Shown here: in pieces, positions 14,373-28,292 of the stretch
Layout: each line of letters opens with the position of its first letter
How positions within the stretch are numbered: position 1 is the stretch's first letter
Assembly: GCA_951406725.2 (NCBI GenBank)
Contig: OX597817.1
Span: 55,924,001-55,988,000, forward strand
Direction of reading: 5' to 3'
Length of the DNA: 64,000 bases
DNA from: Octopus vulgaris
Taxonomy: Eukaryota
The notes under the pieces: generated by a model
What the model was told of the DNA's origin: nothing
Databases searched by the model: none
The model's input: the letters and a program-made list of their open reading frames with translations, nothing else
Program-made: the position numbers and the translations under genes

Positions 14373-15372
14373 CATCGATCCCTCATCGGTGGGACAATCA
14401 ACAATTATCGTGATTAATAATAAATTCTCCGTCTTTCATTTGCCATATAAATAACGATCACTGTGAAAGTAGCCGTGCTTTACCAGTGAGTTACCAGGTG
14501 TAAACCATTCGTTTTATTATCCATTATATATATAGATAAAGATATGGAAGGGAGGCAATAACAAACGAAATCCAATGAAATTTCTATTATATATTGGGGA
14601 AAAAGATAGGAAAGGAGAAATAAAAAAGAAATACGAAATATTATGATCAACAAGTTTATAGGTTCAGTGTCTTGGAGATTTGATTCCGTTTAGAAAAATT
14701 TCGTGTACCTGACTGACCATTAATAGAATATCTTTTTATTCACTTCGCTTTTTATATCACACCATCCCTTGTATTGTAAATGAATGAATATGTTTTAAAG
14801 GTTCTCGTCTGTAATGGTATGCCCTTCTGTTGCAATATTGATACTGCCAATAATTACATTAAGCAAATTTTTGTCATATTTAGACATCGATCATTTAAAC
14901 ATAGATAAAATAATTTCTACTTTTATGTAATTAAATAAAAACAATGTGTAATCAGCAGTATACTCTTGATGTTTAATTAATTAACGCATCCTCTAATATA
15001 AACACTATCCACAAAGGCAATTTAAGAATGAAATGTGGTTTATGACAAAATGGAAATGGACAGAGTTCTGCGGACCGCATATACCTTGTATTAACTTACC
15101 TATCTTCACGTTCTCCTTTAAGATATCAGGGATTGATATACGTAATAAATTGTTATACACAAAAATTCATTCAATCAATTACAGCTATTTTCTCATAAAT
15201 AATAAGAGGTAATTTACCTGTCATGAAATCATTTTATTTTGTTTTGTTATTTTTTGATAATTAATTACTGGGATCTCGAATTTCTCTAGAAAGTATTTCA
15301 AATGAATCTGGACAAACATCTGATTATCTCATGCTTTACAGTTGAACTCCACAATATTGATGTGAACATATA

Positions 15373-15410
<38 letters not shown>

Positions 15411-15417
<7 letters not shown>

Positions 15418-15657
15418 GGATATAAACTGAATATGCTAGGGACAGGTGTGGTGTCACTGCTTGAGACATCAACGTCAAAGCTGACGCATCACGGCGTCCT
15501 CATCTTGCAAAGGAGATCATTCACCTTTGCAAGATAGAGGACGCCGTGATGGCGTCAGCTATCTGGTGACGTTGATGTTCGCCTGGCTAATGCAACAGTG
15601 ACACCCCACCACCCTGCCCTGTCCCTAGCCATATTCAGTTGGCTAATATCCCTTATA
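15411..15657. repeat. Imperfect fold-back inverted repeat between (TA)n tracts
   Basis: 15411-15513 is the reverse complement of 15524-15657 with many small deletions in the left arm; 10-bp loop. Confidence 0.8.
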
Positions 15658-15717
15658 TTATGGAGCAGTCACTGTCTATATCTCATTTAGAGAATTATTA
15701 TTGCTATATATATATAT

Positions 15718-15796
<79 letters not shown>

Positions 15797-15916
15797 CCGT
15801 GAAAATAATAAGGGTAGATAATTTAGAAACATTTCCATACCGGTACCTAGCGTGCGTAATAAAGTCAATAGACAACATATTTTCGTATATAATAGTATAA
15901 TAACAATTTATGTATT

Positions 15917-16333
15917 TATACACGAAAGAGGCGACCTGTAACAGGACACCTTACAAGCTAGGAAGGGCAGTTAAAGCCTAAACCACAAATAAGAGCAATT
16001 TCAAAGGGAATGAAAGTAAAAAATATTTTTGTAGTTAACCTCAGACTCGAGTTTCTGTATCAATGTGCAAAATAAATTGATATGCCATCCGTACTTCTTC
16101 AGTGAGGGCGCTAAAATTAATGCATATAGCAGCAAATAATGCAGCAAATAGCACCGAAAATACACTTACTACATACTTATACATTATTATTTTGAAGTCC
16201 ACTGCGCAAGCGCAATTACAAAATTATTTTTTACTTTCATTTCCTTTGAAATTGCTCTTATTCGTGATTTGGGCTTTAACTGCCCTTTCTAGCATGTAAG
16301 GTATCCTGTCAATGGTCACCTTTTTCGTGTATA
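15917..16333. repeat. Diverged inverted repeat (~120-bp arms) of a hammerhead-element 3' flank
   Basis: 15917-16036 is the imperfect reverse complement of 16214-16333. The arm sequence resembles 9290-9395, which lies downstream of another hammerhead. Confidence 0.75.
16039..16107 (-). ncRNA. Type I hammerhead ribozyme
   Basis: Minus strand reads CCTCA-CTGAAGA-AGTAC...GATACA-GAAA-CTCGAG-TC^TGAGG: 5-bp stem I, palindromic stem III, GUC. Confidence 0.75.
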
Positions 16334-16726
16334 AAAACGAACAGCAAAATATTTCGCGATATTTCTTCCTTACGTTCTTTCAAGTTCCGCCGAAATCGAC
16401 TTTGCCTTTCTTCCTTTCGATGTCGATAAAATAGTACCACTTGAACACTAGGGTCGATATAAATGACTTACCCTTCTCCAAACATTACTGACCTTGCCCA
16501 CCAAAATTTGAAACCGTAATCATTGTTTCGCTCAAGCTTTGCGATATTAATAACGTGTTTTTGCGGGGAGGGGAATTATAAATGTAAATGCTTTCCCAAA
16601 TAATATTGCACTTCGCTTTTGAAGTTCCAATGAAGCTATAGGTGGATTTAGAATTGTGTGTGCATTGCATCTGACAGCAGAAACAGCTGTAAGCTAATGA
16701 AGTTTATTCCTCCGTAATTTAGTGTC

Positions 16727-16761
<35 letters not shown>

Positions 16762-16989
16762 GAAGGCGTATGTCTCAACGGCTAGAGCTTCGAGCTTACG
16801 ATCGCGAGGTTGCGAGTTCGATACCCGGACCGGGCTGCGTGTTGTGTTCTTGAGCAAGACACTTTATATCAGCTGTAGAAATGAATTTCGACATCGCTGG
16901 TGCCAAGTTGTATCAGCCCTTTTGCCATGGTATGCATGGGCGTTTCAATAGCTGAGAATAATACAGCCCTGTCACGGTGTGACCCTTTT

Positions 16990-17795
16990 CAAGGTAATCG
17001 ATCAGCAAGACACCTTGAGAATCCCAAAAAGGCCAGCTGAAGGAATGCCCCTGGCCTTCTTTTGGGTAGAAGAAGATGTGTGCTTCCACTACTTTGATTG
17101 TTCTTTGGTTTCAGGCTGGTGGTGATTAACCCAACTTTCGTCCATAGTAATGAAACGAGCAAGAAAATTCTCTTCACCGGCTTCAAACAGTTTCAGATTA
17201 CTCGTGGACAAAGTGCACTTGGTGCGTTTCTGTTTAGGAGTCAAAAGGCGAGGGACCCACCTTGCAGAAACCTTTGAGGACCCAAGTTCTTTTGTCTCAA
17301 TGTTGTCTGCTCTTTCAGCTGAGATGCCCAGTCTCTCGGCTATCTGACGACATGATATTCGACAAGCTTGCATTATCATACCAAGAGCCAAGGTCAATGT
17401 TGTCCTCGATGGTTGCAGTTGGAGGTCTCCCTGGTCTAGGATCATCTTCCACACTCTCCCTGCCACACTGGAATTTATCTACCCAGTGCTTGATTGTTGC
17501 ATTTGAAGGAGTATTGTCTGTTAAGGTTCTCAACATATCTTCATGGATTTCTGATGGAGTCATACCTTTCAGAATTAGGTACTTTCTGACAGCACGATGT
17601 CAGTTTTCTCCATTTTCCTTGTAACCTTGACATTTGTTTATTAAAAAATCTGCAACAACAAAAAAAATTTAATATCAGAATCATGAAAATGAGCAAGAGT
17701 ACTCCGAAAAGACTGTACTTACCAGAAAAAATTCTTTCAGCTCCCTAGCAGCCCCGTTTCTCGGTTAGTCTCAAAACTTTTCATACACCCCTCGT
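16990..17795 (-). mobile_element. mariner transposon 5' half (frameshifted, truncated)
   Basis: TIR TACGAGGGTGTATGAAAAGTTTTGAGAC at the right end; ATG at 17613; DDPRPGRP, KVSARWVPRLL, FITMDESWV, PETKEQSK. Confidence 0.85.
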
Positions 17796-18621
17796 ATACA
17801 AGTTACGACGACGTGGGTTCCAGTTGATGCAATCAACGGAACAACCTGCTCTTTAAATTAACGTGCAAGTGGCTGAGCAATTCACAGACACGCGTACCCT
17901 TAAAGTAGTTCTCAGGAATATTCGGTGTGACACAAAATGCCACCAGGCCGGCCGTTTGAATTACAGGTACAACTCATTTTTGCCACCTGAGTAGCCTGAA
18001 GGACCATAACATAAAGGGTCTTATTGAAGATCTCAACGCGCTTCCGGGAATCACGACACAAACCCCTAAGCCACCCCTTTCACTATGGCCACGCGCCTTC
18101 ACTATTCTATATAGCGTACTAAGCAACTAAAACATCAGATGGGCCCTACTATTTTTTAATTGTAACATTCTTTATAAAATCTAGACTTAACTATATCCAA
18201 TATGTTTTTTTATAGTGACCACATTATCTTTTACAAAACCAAGATTGTATCTCATCAACCTGACGTTCCCCTTCAAAACCACATCATAATTCATTTTGAA
18301 ACAGCTGCTGAATCTATAAAATAAATACGTAGTATGCTTCTTGTCTAGAATAAAACGCACACATCTGGAACTATGCACCGATTACGTGTCTGCAGATTTC
18401 ATACCGTTTCTCTCCTTGACAATATTTCACTCTTCAACGCCTTTCTAAGTACTAAATCCATACATCTCTTCTACTGTTACCACAGTAATGTTCATGATCG
18501 GAGTAAAGCAGCTACCTCGCCTAAATACATTTCATTCACTGGTTTCGCTCCTTTACATAATATCTGCCAATCTTTCAGACGAACACCCTCCTAAACACGC
18601 ACATATACACACACACACACA

Positions 18622-18671
<50 letters not shown>

Positions 18672-19129
18672 TTCTTTCGACTCTCTTTCCCTCTATGTTC
18701 TGTATCTCTGCTTCTCTGCCTCTCTCATTCAATGTCTATACTCTCGTTCTTTCTGCCTCGCTCTCCACACCTCACATCCTCGTTCAATCAGCCGCTCGGC
18801 GTCTCCTTACTCTCCCCTTTCTCCCAAATACTCTCCTACAGACCAGTCGCTGCTACATTTATTCAACCATATCAGCAACCATCAATGAATTCTTCTCTCC
18901 ACATGAAAATATCTCCTTCCCTTACTCTCCTTATCGATTCTTGTTTCTCTGTCTGGGAGAGAAGAGATAAAGGAAGGGCGTTTCTGACTCTCCATCTCTG
19001 CCTCTTTCCCTCTCCTTCCCTCTCTTTCTCCATTTTACTCTCTATCTCTCTTTCCCCCTCTCTCTCTCTCTCTCTCATTCTCTATCTCTATCTCCTACAT
19101 TTTCTTTCCAAACAAATTCATTCATTACA

Positions 19130-20369
19130 ATTCCACAACCACCACCACCACCACTACCATCAGCATCACCCTCCCCACCACCACAACAGCCGCCTTCCTT
19201 TCCTTCCCCCTCGCCCTATACCCATCTACAATCCACAAATACCACCGCCTCCGCTATCAACATCAACTACCAACGCCACCAACACCACCGTCACCACCAC
19301 CAGCACCACCAGCACCACCACCACCTCAACCACCTCCCCATCTACAACTATTTTTCGCCTCCACCACCACCTTACCCAAACAACAATCGCCATCACCATC
19401 ACCATCACCACTACCACCGCCATCGTTCACACAAACATACCACATAATTGTTCATTCCCTCCACGTCACATTGTGTTCCCTTCCTCTCCTCCACCCCCAA
19501 CCACACCCATCACATACTCTTATGCCTTGCTCTCCATATTCATTAGAGTGCTGCTCCTACCACCACCACCACCACTACTACTACGACTGCTGCTGCCGCT
19601 GCTATTGCTTGTATGGCTATTGTTGTTGTTGGTGGTGGTAGTGGTGGTGGTGATGATGGTGGTGGTTGCCGTCGTCGTCGTTATAGTGGTTGTGGTGTTG
19701 TTGATGGTGGTGGTGGTGTTGATGGTGGTGGTTGTTGATGGTAGTGGTGGTGGTGGTGGTGGTGGTCGTTATAGTGGTTGTGGTGGTGGTGTTGATGGTG
19801 GTGGTGGTGGTGGTGGTGGTGGTGATGGTGCTGTTGAGGGTGGTGGTGGTGGTGCTGTTGATGGTAATACTGTTGAGGGTGGTGGCAGTGGTGGTGGTGG
19901 TGTTGTTGATGGTGGTGCTCTTGAGGGTGATGGTAGTGGTGGTGGAGGTGGTGGTAGTGGTGTTGATGGTGGTGCTTTTGAGGGTGGTGGTGGTGTTGTT
20001 GATGGTGGTGCTGTTGTTGTTCTTGTTTGGGGTGGTGGCTGTGGTGGTGTTGGTTGTGGTGGTGGTGGTGGCGGTGATGGAACTGTTGTTCCTTCTGGAT
20101 GTTTTTGGTGCTGCTGTTGCCATTTTTTCAGGAGGGGTCGGGGGTGCGTGATATTGTTGCTGCTGATGCTGCAGATGCTGCTGATGCTGATGAAGATGAT
20201 GATGCCAACGTTTCTGCTGCTGTAGTCTCTGTAGCTGACATTACTGCTGTAGTAGCAACAACATACAACACTACCACCACTACTATTACTACTACTACCA
20301 TCATTACTTTGACCACCACCACCACCACCACAACTGCTGCTACAACTACTACTAATATTACTACTACTA

Positions 20370-20414
<45 letters not shown>

Positions 20415-20428
20415 TACTACTGCTGCTG

Positions 20429-20484
<56 letters not shown>

Positions 20485-20485
20485 G
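19130..20485. repeat. Low-complexity trinucleotide region (CAC/GGT/GAT/ACT)n
   Basis: Direct inspection. Confidence 0.9.
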
Positions 20486-21011
20486 TTGATTTCTTTGTAT
20501 ATTGCTGTCGTAGCCATTCTGCTGCCGATATATTTTTTTAAAAGCCAGATCAATCTTGATCGAACAGCCTTTAAAATCAGACACATCCTTTACATGACCA
20601 TCCTGTCTTTGGGACGGCGAAGAATTATCTAAAAGCGTATTATCTGACGTATGACCTTCCCTTTTCTTAAGAAGGTGAAGTGTGATTTAAAGGAGGTTTG
20701 GCTGCTATTTCTGGTGGGTCGACTGATGACGTAAAGGCGCTATCTTTAGCTCGGTTCATTCCGTTGATGGCCTTATTGCTGTTCTTGTTAAAATTGCTGC
20801 TGAGACACTCACCTCCCTCCCTCTCTCTCTCTCTCTCTCTCTCTGAATATATGCATGTAGATATATGTGTGTGAGTATGCATGTATGTATGTATGTAAAT
20901 AGGTGTTATATATATATTTGTTTGGACTTATGTGTATGCATAAGGGATTATATATGTATTTCAGTGCATATGTATGCATGCATGTATGTATATAAGTATA
21001 TATATATATAA

Positions 21012-21046
<35 letters not shown>

Positions 21047-21284
21047 TGTATATACACATGCACACTAAGATGAAAGAGGAAGAGGGAGAGACTGAGAAAG
21101 AGAGCGAAATAGAGAGACGTGAGGATGGAAATAGATATATCCAGATACACACACAAGCCAACACACGCAAGTATGCGCATGCACAAATATACACACACAA
21201 ACATACACACACACACACACACACACACGCTACACCAGCACCATCTCCACCCTCACACTCCCAACACTATTATTATTAGTTTGT

Positions 21285-21600
21285 CCGTCGTTGTTAACGG
21301 TGACCTAGAACATCACACGGCAGAAGAAAACTGCACGGAGTGTCCAGCTATGGCCGATCACTCCGATGCGCGCTCGGAGGGCTATGCCACGGATCAGGCC
21401 CTGGTGGTCTGCTTGAAATGAAGACAAGGAGCTGGGTCTGGACTTGCATAGTTCATGCTTTCTTTCTGACCCTGTAATCTCTTTTTGTTCTTTAGAAATG
21501 GTACCTCCACTGGTGCAGCTTCGCCTGGCAGGGCGGTTTTCTGCTTGCGTTTCCAAGGTATCAGGGTTGATCTCGAAGCTCTCCAGACCATCATCAGTGG
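21285..21600 (-). mobile_element. RTE (BovB-like) LINE 3' end relic
   Basis: SFEINPDTLETQAENRPARRSC...ERKHELCKSR...LRARIGVIGHSWT matches the RTE C-terminal pattern (DR..WR, RARIGL.SH); short (TAA) tail. Confidence 0.65.
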
Positions 21601-21960
21601 GTTGATAGAAGAGTTAATGTAACACAATGGACGACATAATTTCTGGTATTAGTGCTAACTCTTTGATCTGAGTTCAAATCCAGCTGAAATCAAATTTGCT
21701 TTTTGTGTTGACGAGGTCGATAAAATAAAGTACCAGTCATATATTTGGGTCGATGTAATTGACTAAAGCTTCCACCAAACGCGAGACCGTAGGTCCATAT
21801 TAGAAGCCAATGAACATGATAACAATACCATCAGCCCTATCCAAATACCAACAGCATCACAATGGTAAGGAGATGCGAAACCCAAGTTATGAGGACAGGG
21901 CAGAATAATGATCCATAAAGGCCCTAATCACTTGAAATATTTTGGTACCTCCATATATAC

Positions 21961-22343
21961 TCTTTTACTTGTTTCAGTCATTTGACTGCAGCTATGCTGG
22001 AGCACCGCCTTCAATCGAGCAAATCGACCCCAGAACTTATTCTTTGTAAGCCTAGTACTTATTCTATCGGTCTCTCTTGCCGAACCGCTAAGTGACGGGG
22101 ACGTAAACACACCAGCATCAGTTGTCAAGCGATGTTGCGGGAACAAACACAGACACACGGGCATATTATATATGCATATGTACGACGGGCTTCTTTTAGT
22201 TTTCGTCCACCAAATCCACTCACATGGCTTTGGTCGGCCCGAGGCTATAGTAGAAGACACTTGCTCAAGGTACCACGCAGTGGGAATGAACCCGGAACCA
22301 TGTGGTTGGTAAGCAAGCTACTTACCTACACAGCCACTCCTGC
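21961..22343 (-). mobile_element. SINE family B, full length
   Basis: Reverse-complement match to 43692-44137. Confidence 0.85.
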
Positions 22344-23372
22344 GATTGTAATTTAAAACAGAAATACTCATAAGCCTTAAGATCAATTTTATTCTTCCAA
22401 ATGAAACAAAACTATCAGTAAGAAGGGAAAATAATGTCTATTTTTGTATACTCCCACTTTATTTATATTTGTAAAGTTTGGAATGCTTTCTCCTTTTTGT
22501 TCATAACTGCAAAGATTTTGATCAGATCCTCACTATGACACCTTCGAAATTATATTTTTCATCATATAAACCACTTTGAATATTATTTTACCAAGTTTAA
22601 AATGATTTCTTTTGTGCCGTAAACCATTTACAAGTTCTCTGGTGCTCCCTTCCGTTGATGCCCTTTATTTTGATTTTTAATTAATGATTAACCCATCCGA
22701 TCGCACATTACAATGTACTTCGGGTTACACAAGGCCTGGAATAAATGTGGGATGGCTAGGTTAGGATACCCGTGGTCATAGTCCTGCTTGATCATAGTCG
22801 ACTTGAGTTAAACAGCTACAATACCAGTAACATTACCACCATGAGACAACGAAGAAGCCTCTTTGCAGTTGCTCAATATGCCAGAAGCAGCAGCAAAATA
22901 GCCCCTAATTCAAACTCAGCCAGCTTAAGAAGAGATAGACACAACAGATAATGTAGTCCACGTTACAGCATACGAAATATAACTAAATAAAACACAAGTT
23001 GCTCATAACAAAACCACAATTGGTCTTCATTGGTCCTCAGTTTGGTTAAGAGGTTAGTCGTAGAATTTCAAGATTTCGACTTTTCTCCCGCTGTCCAAAC
23101 ATCTGGTAAATTGTCTTCAGCCAAAGCATCTGTTCTTTCAAAACGTGGTGAGTTCAATTTGGTAAACTGAAACTATGAGGAGAATCGGTAGAGACACAGT
23201 TCTGTAAGAAATTTACTTCCCAACCTCATGGTTCCGTGTTCAGTCACACTACGAAGCACATTTCGCAAGTGTCTTCTCCTATAGCACTGGGCCGACCAAA
23301 GCCTTGTAAGTGGATTTGTTGGACGGAAACTGAAAGCAACACATCGTATATCATATATACATACCCCCCCCC

Positions 23373-23432
<60 letters not shown>

Positions 23433-23507
23433 GAGAGAGAGAGAGATGAGAGATACATATGTGTATGAACATATATATATATGTATATATATATATGTGC
23501 ATATATG

Positions 23508-23546
<39 letters not shown>

Positions 23547-24262
23547 CTTTGTGTCTGTGTTGGCCCCCACCACCGCTTGACAAGCGCTGTTGGTGTGTTT
23601 AACAACGACACCTAGAGAGAGACCTTGGCTACATTTTTTCTGAAACCGACATGAATTCGAACAAGAGGTGACTTACTTCCACGACCAGTACACCAAGACT
23701 TGCAATAAAGTTACGGATGAATAATGCGCTTCTTTGTTTTCCAAGCCAGAAAACCACGGATGACTCGGCACTAAATAACAACAACTATACAAAGAACAAC
23801 ATCACCAAGAACAAAAATAATCTTTCTATATCACACACACATATGCCACACTTAATTACCTCACACTAGCGCATTAATTTTAAAACACTATGTCGCAATA
23901 CATTACACAACAGTACGGCTAATTCCCAACACACCGCATTGCACAACACGACACAACCCAACATTAATCTACAACCATACCACACTACAATGCAACAACT
24001 TATACTACAATAAATCCTGCCGCATTACCCTACATTATAACATGAGCCACACCTACACATTACCATTGCCACACTACAGTGAAGGACCGTGACTCAATGG
24101 TTAGGGTTTTCGGCTCAAGATCGTATGGTCATCAGTTCGATACCCAGCGGTGTTGCAGTCCACTCGGCTGGAAAAAGAGAGTAGTATCAGTATTTCAAAG
24201 GGTCAGTCGATTCAGATTCTGTGTCATGCTGAAAAACATATTGAATATAGTTAGGTCTAATG

Positions 24263-24725
24263 CAGTGTTTCCCAACCTGTGGTCCGCAAAGGTGGTACTG
24301 GAGGTCCGTGAACTAAATTCGAAAATTCATATATATATATATACACACACACATATATATATATGTTGTGTGTGTGTGTGTGTGTGTAAATGGAGTTAAA
24401 CGCAAGTATTATTAAATCTTTATACTTCCGACATATGTTTCGAAGAAAACATTGGTTTTATTCTTTCTGAATACCAATGTTTTCTTCGAAACATATGTCG
24501 GAAGTATAAATATTTTAAAAGCATCTGCGTTTAACTCCATTTATCTATTTATCTATGTTATTTTAAAAACATTTCACTAAACCCTGGAATTTCTACCTTT
24601 ATAAGTAGGCTGTTGCATCGTTGTTACTTATGTGAATTTTGGCTATCCTGGTAACTATTTATTTTTTTTTCTGTGTTATTTGTACATATTGAAAAAATAC
24701 CCATATATATATATGTGTGTGTGTG

Positions 24726-24785
<60 letters not shown>

Positions 24786-24873
24786 CACAAGGATTAGCAT
24801 ATTAAAAGGGGGCCGTGGGAAAACTCATTTAAATAAATGGGTTCCTTGTTAGTGAAAAGGTTCGGAATCAGTG
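24263..24873. mobile_element. hAT/Charlie-like MITE with nested microsatellites and hairpin
   Basis: Ends CAGTGTTTCCCAACC and GGTTCGGAATCAGTG; flanking 8-mers GTCTAATG / CTCTAGTG (6/8 match, similar to the NTCTAGAN target). Confidence 0.6.
24388..24542. repeat. Fold-back hairpin containing the 3' half of a hammerhead
   Basis: Perfect inner inverted repeat TATACTTCCGACATATGTTTCGAAGAAAACATTGGT versus its reverse complement. Each arm reads GAAA-CATATG-TC-GGAAG outward. Confidence 0.75.
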
Positions 24874-26090
24874 CTCTAGTGCTTATAAAGAATACTACAA
24901 TTAAACAATAGTAGGGTACGTCTGATGTTTTAGTTGCTTAGTACCCTATATAGAATAGTGAAGACGCGTAGCCGTAGTGAAGGGGCGTGTGGCCTTGAGC
25001 AAGACACTTTATTCCACGTTGCTTCAGTTCACTCAGGTGGCAAAAAGGATTAGTACCAGCCTTATCAGATTCTGTGTCACGCTGAATCTCTGTGAGAAGT
25101 ATGTGAAGGGCACGCGTGTCTGTGAAATTCTCAGCCACTTAGACGTTAATTTCAAGAGCAGGCTATTCCGTTCCTCGGATCAACTGGAACAGACGCTGTC
25201 GCAATCGACGGAGAGCCAGGGCCACACTACGCCACAACACTTTAGACACTCATAGACCATAGAAAACTAGCGACAAAATCACTACCCAAATCAAACTGCG
25301 CCCCTCTAACCGTTACACACAATCAAGCCTCAAAACACTACACCACACCACGAGATAACACACGAGACCACGTTCCAACAAGGAAGCCATTTTGTAATTG
25401 CTGTATCTGCTAGATATAGGAGTAGAAACCCCTAAATTCAAACGCTGCCAACTTTCAAAGGGAACGATATATTAGCAGTTATCTTCTTAAAACCAAAACT
25501 AGACACGATGGTCAGAGATAGAAGGTCTATGTTCAGGAATTTGCTGCAGCAGTGTCGACAATCGAAAAGAAGTGAACCGTGCAAAAAAACTTGCTACAGC
25601 TGCAGACAACCAACAGCAATTCCTTCATCAAATTCCATCTCTTGTAACCCCCACGCACACACACACACACACACACGCACATGCTCACTCACTCATATAC
25701 GCACACAAACTACTCTTCCACCGTCATTCAGATATTTTGTCCTCTCAGATTCAAAGACTCCTCAATCTCCAAACCCAACAATTCCATTCCACACAAATTT
25801 CATCTCAACCCCATTACCCCCCAAAAGGCCACGACGATTCATTTAATTGATGTGTTTCCACTGTTTTTGTTGTTCTTATTGTCATCGATGATTTTGTTGT
25901 TCTTCTTCTTCTTTGTATACTACATTTCACCTGATTATACATATATCTGTGAAATATATGATGCACACACACAGGCACCACACACACATGCAAGCACACA
26001 CACAAGCACACATACTCACACCCAAGCACACACACATATGCATACATATAAAGATAGATAGAAAAATAGATAGATAGATAGATAGATAGG

Positions 26091-26123
<33 letters not shown>

Positions 26124-26138
26124 GATAAAGATATAGAT

Positions 26139-26181
<43 letters not shown>

Positions 26182-26623
26182 CATGTATGCATACATAAAT
26201 GCGTGTGTGCGTGCCTCCCTGTATCTCTCAGTGCAAGTGTGTGTGTGTGTTACATACATACATATATATATAAAGAGATATAGATATACATATATATATA
26301 CATATATATGTATATATATATAAATGTATGTATGAATGTATAATAGATAGAAAGATAGCTATAGTAAGTACTTCTCGTTAGCGCGATTACCGAATACAAA
26401 TGCACCCAAACGAATGCATGCAGAATAACTTGCATTTTCTCAAGAAGTAAGCACAAACGCCTGCACTTACTGGAGCGTGCACATGTATATTCCGTGTGAG
26501 TGTGTGTGTGTGTGTGTAAATCTTTCTCTCTCGCTCTCTCTCTATCTATCTATCTATCTATCTTTCTCACTCAACTATACATATAAACACACATGCACAC
26601 ACATATACATACATATATATATG

Positions 26624-26689
<66 letters not shown>

Positions 26690-26999
26690 AGAGAGAGAGA
26701 GAAAGATCAATAATGGTGGGGGGATATATATATATATATATATATCCCCTAATAAATCTGCAGAGACGCAAACGAGCATTAGTCGAACTCGAACAAATGT
26801 TGAGCCACCCTATCACCGAGCGTGTGTCTCTCTCAGTCGTTTCCCCAGTCAACTATTCCTCGCGTCACATACACTCGTCCGCTGTCGTGGGTGGAGACAC
26901 GCCGCCATTGCAACGTCAAATTCGTGGTAAAAGTTTAGTTTTCCGAAAATACAATTTAATACAAACTAACGAGTTGAGCACTTCACATACCTTCCTGCA

Positions 27000-27052
<53 letters not shown>

Positions 27053-27233
27053 CTGTACATTCATACACACAAACACACGTGCACGCATGCACACACACAC
27101 ACACATTCATACACACATACACACATACACACACACGCACACGTATATACATACGTACAGTAAACTATCACTTTCTCTTTCATTTTCGTCCTCGCTATAT
27201 ATCTCTGTCTACTATTGTCTGTGTGTGTATGCA

Positions 27234-27285
<52 letters not shown>

Positions 27286-27331
27286 TGTATATATATGTGT
27301 GTGGGTGTGGGTGTATGTATATATATACATA

Positions 27332-27386
<55 letters not shown>

Positions 27387-27764
27387 ACAACTTACTAATT
27401 GTCCTAATATATATATATATATTACATAGATGTAAACGACAATATCGCAGTAGATAAATATATATACCTGCCTAACTACCTATACATATATATATATTTA
27501 TATATATATATATATTTATATGAGTGTGTGTGTGTAAATACATTTGCACATGTATGCATAAATACATACATGCTTATTTTCAAACCACACGAGTGTTTGT
27601 GGGTGTACATTCAACTATAAAGATAGACAGAACGATAGCGATATATATACACATAAAAAACATTGTTGTCTTTTACAGTCAGTTATGGTACGAATTGATA
27701 TCTATTACTGCCGATCACTAACATCGATCGAAATAGTTCCACTCTGACACACACACTCACACAC

Positions 27765-27835
<71 letters not shown>

Positions 27836-27844
27836 TACGCACAC

Positions 27845-27882
<38 letters not shown>

Positions 27883-28002
27883 CACGATCAAGGAACAGCC
27901 ATAATAGGCCATTCACCCACTAGAAATAACAGCCAAAGCCTCAACCGCAAAATAACATCAATTCCGTAAACAGGAGAAAATTAAAAAAACGTTTACCCTG
28001 CA

Positions 28003-28110
28003 ATTTCTTATACGATGCACCGTTTCGTCTACTGTTTAATGGTAAAACTAACCTGATTAAATTAAATCAAGCCAATCTTCCATAGGCCCTTAGATTCATC
28101 AGTAAGAAAT
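28003..28110 (-). ncRNA. Type I hammerhead ribozyme (mirror copy)
   Basis: Reverse complement of 28185-28292. Confidence 0.8.
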
Positions 28111-28184
28111 AGCCATATCGGAACAGATATTTTCACGAGGCATTTCACAGAATGCCTCGTGAAAATATCTGTTCCGATATGGCT

Positions 28185-28292
28185 ATTTCTTACTGATGAA
28201 TCTAAGGGCCTATGGAAGATTGGCTTGATTTAATTTAATCAGGTTAGTTTTACCATTAAACAGTAGACGAAACGGTGCATCGTATAAGAAAT
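28185..28292 (+). ncRNA. Type I hammerhead ribozyme
   Basis: ATTTCTTA-CTGATGA-ATCTA...TAGAC-GAAA-CGGTGCATCG-TA^TAAGAAAT: 8-bp stem I, near-palindromic stem III, GUA site; A-C mismatch at the base of stem II. Confidence 0.8.

Noticed and set aside
14400-15350. Possible decayed Penelope GIY-YIG region
   Set aside because: Motif matches too weak to support by eye.
18732-20225. 497-aa His/Thr/Val/Gly-rich ORF
   Set aside because: Product of CT and trinucleotide repeats that lack stops in several frames and on both strands.
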